From Nibribacter koreensis (GTDB lineage: Bacteria > Bacteroidota > Bacteroidia > Cytophagales > Hymenobacteraceae), in the NCBI RefSeq assembly GCF_039541795.1, contig NZ_BAABGX010000002.1, positions 7,808-71,807 of the forward strand: a stretch of 64,000 nucleotides of DNA, read 5' to 3'. The position numbers were made by a program, and so were the translations under genes. Below the pieces are notes generated by a model. It did no database searches, was not told the DNA's origin, and was given only the letters and a program-made list of their open reading frames with translations. Of this stretch, positions 58,048 to 64,000 are shown piece after piece; position 1 is the first letter of the stretch; each line of letters starts with the position of its first letter.

Positions 58048-58088
58048 CCGGTTTTTGACCTGTTTTCTGGAAAACAGGCCAAAAACAG
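58048..58088. repeat. 38-bp intergenic palindromic element
   Basis: ccggtttttgacctgttttctggaaaacaggccaaaaacag. Confidence 0.7.
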
Positions 58089-58115
58089 ATAAAGCACGTT
58101 AGCTTCAGGAGGCAG

Positions 58116-58382
58116 TTATTTGGTTCTCAGGTTATTAGCGTTGCTGCCATCCAGGTTATGCGTATCCTCTTCATTTCTAGCGGCTACGTTCCCTTCAGAC
58201 TGTTCGCCTTCTGGCTCGGTGTCCAGATAGTCTGTTTCTTTGGCTTGCAGGGGATCACCGCCAATGTCTGGCTTGGCAATGTTCTCTGCCTCTGAGTGGT
58301 TGCCGGTGGTAGGCGAAGGGTTGCTGTCTGGCAGTTTCTTGCTCTCGTCTGAGTTGGTAATCATGTCTTGGTCAATGGGCAT
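58116..58382 (-). CDS. Small acidic disordered protein, hypothetical
   Basis: 88 aa rich in D/E/N/S/T. Confidence 0.35.
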   Translation of the reverse strand: MPIDQDMITNSDESKKLPDSNPSPTTGNHSEAENIAKPDIGGDPLQAKETDYLDTEPEGEQSEGNVAARNEEDTHNLDGSNANNLRTK

Positions 58383-58494
58383 GGTTTCTATGCGTTAGGT
58401 GTAGATATAGTATTTATACGCACGCCAAGCTCTTTTAGTAAACCTGCTCCAGTTACCAAATCATTACCATTGCGTTTACCAGTAAATAAAAAAT

Positions 58495-58536
58495 CCCGTT
58501 TTTGGCCTGTTTTCTGGAAAACAGGCCAAAAACGGG
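58495..58536. repeat. 38-bp intergenic palindromic element, perfect consensus copy
   Basis: cccgtttttggcctgttttctggaaaacaggccaaaaacggg. Confidence 0.85.
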
Positions 58537-58561
58537 ACGCATATCCTAATCCGGGACGTGA

Positions 58562-59194
58562 TTAGTTGTCGCTGAAGGGCTCCATCTTGATTTTCTCAAT
58601 CATGAGGTACTTCTTGAACTCATGCAGCATCTTGTTCATCTCTACGTCCTGCTCTTCCATTCTCAGGCGCTCAGCGTCGGCAGAGGCAATGGCGGTGCGC
58701 AATTGCTCCAAGCTGATGGCCATGTGGTCACGGGCGCCTTGGGCACGCTCCTTCAAAGCCTCATCCATCTCAGTGCCTTGCAGATTTTTATCCAACTCCT
58801 GCAGGCAGAGTTCCAGGAAAGGAATCATGTCCCAGGGGTTGTTAGGACGGTTCCAGGTGAATTCAATATTGTCGCGGCGGCATTTGTAGCGGTTAGACTT
58901 CCAGCCCAGTTCATTGGTGGCCACGCTTACTTTCTTAAGCATGTCAGACTTGCCGCAGTTGGGGCACTGCGCCTGGTCCTGTATGATGCCGCGCAAGGTC
59001 TCTGTCTTCTCCTGTACCTGCTCTCTAAAGTCGGCGTGAGCGTATATTTTCTCTGTGAGGCGCTCACAGGCGGTGTTGAGTTCTTCGTGCTCTTGGGTCA
59101 ACGCTCCCTCCTGCGCCAAGCGCTCACCCCGCTTTTTAAAAAAGGTGATCAGCTTGATGACTTCGCGTTCGTTCTCTGTGAGGTTCTGCTTCAT
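58562..59194 (-). CDS. Hypothetical helical protein with putative zinc ribbon
   Basis: 210 aa. Contains 'CPNCGKSD...YKCRRD' (CxxC...C). Confidence 0.4.
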   Translation of the reverse strand: MKQNLTENEREVIKLITFFKKRGERLAQEGALTQEHEELNTACERLTEKIYAHADFREQVQEKTETLRGIIQDQAQCPNCGKSDMLKKVSVATNELGWKSNRYKCRRDNIEFTWNRPNNPWDMIPFLELCLQELDKNLQGTEMDEALKERAQGARDHMAISLEQLRTAIASADAERLRMEEQDVEMNKMLHEFKKYLMIEKIKMEPFSDN

Positions 59195-60112
59195 TGGGGC
59201 GTGTTTCTTTTCTTCTCAAAGATACAAAAAAGGCGCGAAAGATGCTGTAACGGACGGCTATAGGCCAAGGGCATAAAAAAAGCCCTTCAGAAATGAATCT
59301 GAAGGGCTGTAAAAACAGGAGCCAGCGGAACAAGTGTCATCAGTGTCTGTAGCATATCCCCCAATAAGCGCCAGAACCTTTGTCTCTCTTGCCGAAGCAA
59401 AAGTGCCCCGCTGCTCCTTTATATCAAGAACGTCTACCTGTTGTATACGTTTTGTTCTTTCAACTGTGTCAAAGGTAGTGGGATAATTTAAGCCGGCTAT
59501 TGAAATTCGGTGAGTTTATCCTCTTGCTAGCCGAAGTACTCCATTTTCCGGTTAAACCAAATCTTTCATTTGGTGTCTGCCCCTTCCTTTTACCAACTCT
59601 CTAAAGTTATCAGATTCCTTTCTATCCTGCAATAGATTTCTAAAAAATTTATCAAAAAAATCTAAGGTTTCAGCCAGTAAGCAGCTCAGAAAAATAATCC
59701 TATTTGGTATTAATTAAAAAAAGATAGGTTTTTACGAACTCTCTGAACTTAAGTTTCAATTTTAGATGTTACGCCGTTCAAATGATCTAATTTAACATCA
59801 CTATTCTAATCTTAAAAACCCAGGGCTTATAAAGCACCAGTGGCATTTTGACAAGAACAGTACAATTTAAGTTTACTATGAGAAACTCTTACTTGCCCGT
59901 TAGATTATATTTCAAGCCCTCTCCCTCTCTTTTTCTCAGCCTTTTAATGTCCATAAGCAGTCCCACTGCCTTGGAAAACCGTTTTGTGCGCCCCGCTTTT
60001 CTGGCGGCCCGGTAACGCAACAGCTGCCTAGATTTTAAGAATAGGCCAGAGCTTGCTGCTTTTGCCTGCCCAATTAAGAAAGTTTTTCACCGTGAGCACT
60101 CTAACTGGCCCC

Positions 60113-63100
60113 ATGGCGTGTATTAAAAAGTATTTCAATTTACTACCGTTCTTTCTCCTGTTGTCTTTTGCCTCTTTTGCGCAAACCTGCCCAGACTTGC
60201 CCAACGCAGCGCTAGAGGATGTCAACAAGGAAAATTTCATCAAATGTAGTCCGGTGATAGGGCCATTTGAGTTTAACCTTTCGGTTAAGAACATTTCCAC
60301 CACTAAAGCCACCAACCAGTCTTATCTGATTGAATGGGGCGATGGCTCCCAGAACACCTACGGAGCGTCTTTCTCTACGGCCACCCACTTGTACAAGACC
60401 AGAGGCAAGTTTGACATGAAGGTGACGGTCACCAGCCTGAGCGGCTGCACCTCTTCTAAAACCTATGCTGTCTACAATGGCACCAACCCGGGCTTCGGAC
60501 TGCAAAACATTGGCAACACGTCTTCTTGCGCGCCTGCCACCTACACCTTCAACATTACGGGTACCAGCAACAACTCCCCCACTACGGCCTACAAGATCTG
60601 GTTTGATGATGGCAGTGACACCTTGTACTTCAATCAAGACAACATTCCGGCCAGCATTGAGCATGTTTTTGAATCTTCCTCTTCTAAAAAAGAGAACGGC
60701 TTTACCATTTCTGGGGTGGCCATTGACTGCTACAACCGCAAGACGCCTGCCACCATCAGTGGCTTTGTGGTTTCTGGCAATCCTAAGTCTGCGTTTGAGT
60801 TTAAGTCGGCTACGCGTTGCGTGGACAGCATCATTAAATTAAAAGACACGTCTACCGGTGGCTTTAACCCTTACAACCCCAACAACAGCGGTGGCTACAA
60901 CCGAAAATGGAAGATTGAACCCGCCACCGGCTGGAGCTTTGTCAATGACACTGATGAGTTCTCTGAGGAGCCAGAGGTTATCTTTACTGCCTCGGGCCAG
61001 TACAACATCACCCTTACCATCACCCCGGTAGGCAACAGCGCCGTTTGTCCAGGAGATGAGCACAGCGAGTTGATCACCATTGAAGACCCAACCAAAGCCG
61101 CCTTTACCTTAAGACCAGATCAACTGAACAGCTGTGCGCCCAACACCTTTGCGGCGCAGAACCTGAGCACCGGCACCAATGTGGCTTACACCTGGTCTGT
61201 CACTCCGGCTACTGGATTTGTATACGCCCAAGGAAACTCCACGTCTGCTCACCCGTCCTTCACGTTCCAAGAGGCAGGGACCTATAGAATCACGCTCACG
61301 GCCAAGAATACCTGCGGCACTACCACTTATTTTGAAGATGTCACGGTACTAAACAAGCCAACGGTTTCCTTACCAGCCAATGCCCAGTACTGCGGTCCGC
61401 AGACCCTGGTGTTTGGCCCATCAAATGCCGCACATACACCCGTGTACAATGCACAAGGAAGCAGAATCACGCGCTACCAGTGGAGCCTAGACAGCCAAGA
61501 CGGAGCGCAGTTCCTGGAGCCGGGCATGGCCAGCGAGGCCTATCCAGCTATTGTTTTCACTAAGGCGGGCGTTTACCAAGTACGGGTACAAGCCTGGAAC
61601 GATTGCGGTGAATCTGTGGCAACCAACCAAACGGTGACCATCTACGCCCTTCCTGCTGCTCCCGTGGTGGCCCCGGTCTTGGTCTGCAAAGGAACCTCGG
61701 CCACCCTAGAAGCATCTGGCGAGGTGACTACCTACAAGTGGTATGCGTCTGCAACGGCTACCTCTCCCTTGTATACTGGCGTCACCTTTACCACGCCGGT
61801 CTTGCAAACCACTACCACCTACTATGTAGAGGCCTTGTCTGAGAATGACTGTGCCAGTTCTAGCCGTACACCTGTTACAGTGACGGTGCAAGACCAACCA
61901 GTGGCGCCTGTGATCAACAGTAATCCGGCTATCTGCGCCAACAGCAGGGCGGTCTTGGAAACGGCTGTACCTAACTCCAGAATTGAGTGGTTCTCATCAG
62001 CTACTAGTGAAGCTCCTTTCTTTGTAGGTAATATTCTGGACACGCTCCTCACGTCCACCACCACCTTTTATGCAGGAAGCATCACCGAAGCGGGCGACTG
62101 TAGATCTTTGACCCGCACCAAGGTGACGGTGACCGTTCATCCAAACATTTACAGCAACACCATCACCACCTTGTCAAGAGGCATCTGCGAGGGAAGCGAG
62201 ACAGGCATCATTGTAGCCAGCGCACCCAAGGGTGGATTTGGCTCGCCAACCTTCCAATGGCAGATGAGCATAGACGGCCAGACCTTCACGGACATTTCAG
62301 GTGAAACAAAGCAGAACCTTCCCTCCAGGGCATTAACCAACACTACCTGGTTTAGAAGAACCGTGACCTTGGGCGCTTGTACTGAGAACACAGAGGCTAT
62401 CAAGATTGCAGTAGTACCGCCTATCACTCAGAACGTAATCATAGCCCCGGCCGACTTCATCTGCGCCGGCACGGTTCCACCAGCCTTAGAAGCTGCCCCG
62501 TTACTTGGCGGCGACGGCTCTGAGCCCACTTTTATCTGGGAAAGCAGCGCCTCTGAGAACGGTACCTACACCTTAGCCAAAGGAGCTGGCACGTTGACTT
62601 CCTTCCAGCCAGACGCTCTGCCTAACAGCCGCTGGTTCCACCGCAAGGTCATCATCAATGGTTGTGAGAGTATTTCTGCGCCAGTTGAAATCAAAGTGAA
62701 TCCATTGTCACTCCCTCCAACGGTAAGCGCCACCAGAAGCACCATTTGCAGTGGTTCCACCACAGAACTAAAGGCCACGGCACCTAGCGGACCTTACTCT
62801 TGGTATGACGCCGCCACAGAAGGTAATTTGCTACATACAGGCAACACCTTTGTCACTCCGGTTTTGACCAACAACACGGGTAGCTCCATTACAGTGACTT
62901 ATTATGTGCAGTCTGAGGCTACCGGTGGTTGTACCGTAAGCAGAACGGCCGTTAAAATTACGGTAGAATCAGAAATCACCAACAATACCATCCTGGAGGT
63001 GGCCCGCGTGTGCGCCGGCGAATCTCCTTCTATTAGAGGATTGGTACCGGCTGGTGGAACAGGATCTCCAGTGTACACCTGGCAATACAGCCTGGACGCT

Positions 63101-64000
63101 GGTGATGAGAAGGTCTTCAAAGATGCTACAGGTAATACCAAAAACAGCGTAACCTATACAGCCGCTAACTTAGGGCAGACCACCTGGTTTAGACGCAAGG
63201 TGAAACTGGGAACGTGCGAGTCTTACTCCAACACGGTACAAGTAGTTGTAACACCGGCCCTAGCCAACAATGCTTTGCCAGCCGCGCTTAAATTCTGCGA
63301 AGGCACCACGCCTCCGCAGCTTGCAGGAACAGGAGACGTGACGGGTGGTGATCCAATAGAAGGCATCCAGTACCGCTGGGAAATGAAGACCTCCCTGGCA
63401 GATACCTTTGGCCCTGCGCCCGGAGACAACACCAATGCCACCTATCAACCCACAGACATCACGCAACCTAATACTTGGTTTAGAAGAGTAGCCGTATCTG
63501 GAAGCTGTCAATTAGAGAGCAATACGCTGGTGTTGCAAATGTCACCAAAACCAGCCTTGCCGGTGCTAGCCAAGACCAGTTTGGAAGTATGCGTAGGCGG
63601 TGGCGCTACCTTAAATGCCATCCCTAAAGCAGGCGTGACCTTCCAGTGGTTTGACCAGGCGGGCACTTTGCTAAAAACTGGCAACAGCCTGCCTATTGCA
63701 GCTGCTGATTTGACTGAAGCAAGACCTTACATCTATTATGTAGAAAGCAAGACGGCTGATGGTTGTTTATCTTCTGACCGCGTGGCTGTTACAGTGAAAA
63801 TATTACCATTGCTAAGCGCGTCTTTGGCCACTGGTGAGCAGTCTGTTTGCATGGGTTCTGCCCCAACCAAACCACTAACAGCCACTGCCCCAACCGGCGG
63901 CAACGGACAGTACCATTACCAGTGGCAGTCTACCACAGACCTGAGCAAGCCTTTCAAAAACACATCCTATGAAGATACGTTGGCTACCTACCTGCCAGGT
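60113..64000 (+). CDS. Giant secreted cell-surface adhesin (partial, runs off the window end): PKD domain, Ig-like domains and SprB-type repeats. This is a likely T9SS or gliding-associated cargo.
   Basis: Open frame of 1296 or more codons with no stop from ATG 60113 to the window end. It is absent from the ORF track because it has no stop. Signal peptide MACIKKYFNLLPFFLLLSFASFAQT. PKD-like motif 'IEWGDGSQNTYGAS'. Repeated modules of about 90 aa, 'C.G....L.A.......W......TG..F.TPVL...TTYYVEA', alternate with SprB-like repeats 'C.G...G.I....GG...P.Y.WQ.S.DG..F.DI'. Confidence 0.8.
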   Translation, partial: MACIKKYFNLLPFFLLLSFASFAQTCPDLPNAALEDVNKENFIKCSPVIGPFEFNLSVKNISTTKATNQSYLIEWGDGSQNTYGASFSTATHLYKTRGKFDMKVTVTSLSGCTSSKTYAVYNGTNPGFGLQNIGNTSSCAPATYTFNITGTSNNSPTTAYKIWFDDGSDTLYFNQDNIPASIEHVFESSSSKKENGFTISGVAIDCYNRKTPATISGFVVSGNPKSAFEFKSATRCVDSIIKLKDTSTGGFNPYNPNNSGGYNRKWKIEPATGWSFVNDTDEFSEEPEVIFTASGQYNITLTITPVGNSAVCPGDEHSELITIEDPTKAAFTLRPDQLNSCAPNTFAAQNLSTGTNVAYTWSVTPATGFVYAQGNSTSAHPSFTFQEAGTYRITLTAKNTCGTTTYFEDVTVLNKPTVSLPANAQYCGPQTLVFGPSNAAHTPVYNAQGSRITRYQWSLDSQDGAQFLEPGMASEAYPAIVFTKAGVYQVRVQAWNDCGESVATNQTVTIYALPAAPVVAPVLVCKGTSATLEASGEVTTYKWYASATATSPLYTGVTFTTPVLQTTTTYYVEALSENDCASSSRTPVTVTVQDQPVAPVINSNPAICANSRAVLETAVPNSRIEWFSSATSEAPFFVGNILDTLLTSTTTFYAGSITEAGDCRSLTRTKVTVTVHPNIYSNTITTLSRGICEGSETGIIVASAPKGGFGSPTFQWQMSIDGQTFTDISGETKQNLPSRALTNTTWFRRTVTLGACTENTEAIKIAVVPPITQNVIIAPADFICAGTVPPALEAAPLLGGDGSEPTFIWESSASENGTYTLAKGAGTLTSFQPDALPNSRWFHRKVIINGCESISAPVEIKVNPLSLPPTVSATRSTICSGSTTELKATAPSGPYSWYDAATEGNLLHTGNTFVTPVLTNNTGSSITVTYYVQSEATGGCTVSRTAVKITVESEITNNTILEVARVCAGESPSIRGLVPAGGTGSPVYTWQYSLDAGDEKVFKDATGNTKNSVTYTAANLGQTTWFRRKVKLGTCESYSNTVQVVVTPALANNALPAALKFCEGTTPPQLAGTGDVTGGDPIEGIQYRWEMKTSLADTFGPAPGDNTNATYQPTDITQPNTWFRRVAVSGSCQLESNTLVLQMSPKPALPVLAKTSLEVCVGGGATLNAIPKAGVTFQWFDQAGTLLKTGNSLPIAAADLTEARPYIYYVESKTADGCLSSDRVAVTVKILPLLSASLATGEQSVCMGSAPTKPLTATAPTGGNGQYHYQWQSTTDLSKPFKNTSYEDTLATYLPG

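Noticed and set aside
1-64000. Possibility that the 38-bp palindromes form a CRISPR array
   Set aside because: Copies are dispersed individually in intergenic gaps and are not regularly spaced with unique spacers. They are self-complementary across their full length, and no cas genes are present.

Overview
This looks like a Bacteroidetes chromosome segment (Cytophagales-like, about 50% GC) with roughly 50 protein genes. No rRNA, tRNA or CRISPR array was recognised. Two things stand out.

1. Intergenic repeats. At least 26 copies of a 38-45 bp near-perfect palindrome (consensus CGTTTTTGGCCTGTTTTC-TGG-GAAAACAGGCCAAAAACG) sit in almost every intergenic gap. They occur in both orientations and show compensatory arm substitutions. 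A roughly 750 bp composite non-coding repeat is present in four copies, three full and one partial, and in both orientations. There are also mosaic arrays of short G/C-rich mini-palindromes.

2. A same-strand gene block at 23.1-35.5 kb. It combines a 1661-aa protein with a C-terminal MoxR/McrB/dynein-type AAA+ module, two tandem DUF3592-like membrane paralogs, a flotillin (YqiK) plus NfeD (YqiJ) pair, PspA/IM30 (bacterial ESCRT-III family) and a YbjN-like protein. This is a candidate membrane-remodelling or envelope-stress (possibly defence) system.

Other notable content:
- A single-polypeptide MmeI-family Type IIL restriction-modification enzyme (919 aa), bracketed by repeat arrays.
- A Crp-family regulator overlapping a type-A chloramphenicol acetyltransferase.
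- A chemotaxis-like methylation module without MCP or CheA: an orphan CheB, a CheB-CheR-PAS fusion, a multi-PAS HisKA_3 kinase, two STAS proteins and a NarL-type regulator.
- An XRE/S24-like regulator next to a single-HKD nuclease.
- A radical-SAM SplB-like gene interrupted by an in-frame TAG.
- An SCO1/cytochrome c copper-delivery operon.
- Two intrinsically disordered proteins.
- The 5' part (about 1,296 codons, no stop) of a giant SprB/PKD-repeat surface adhesin running off the window end.
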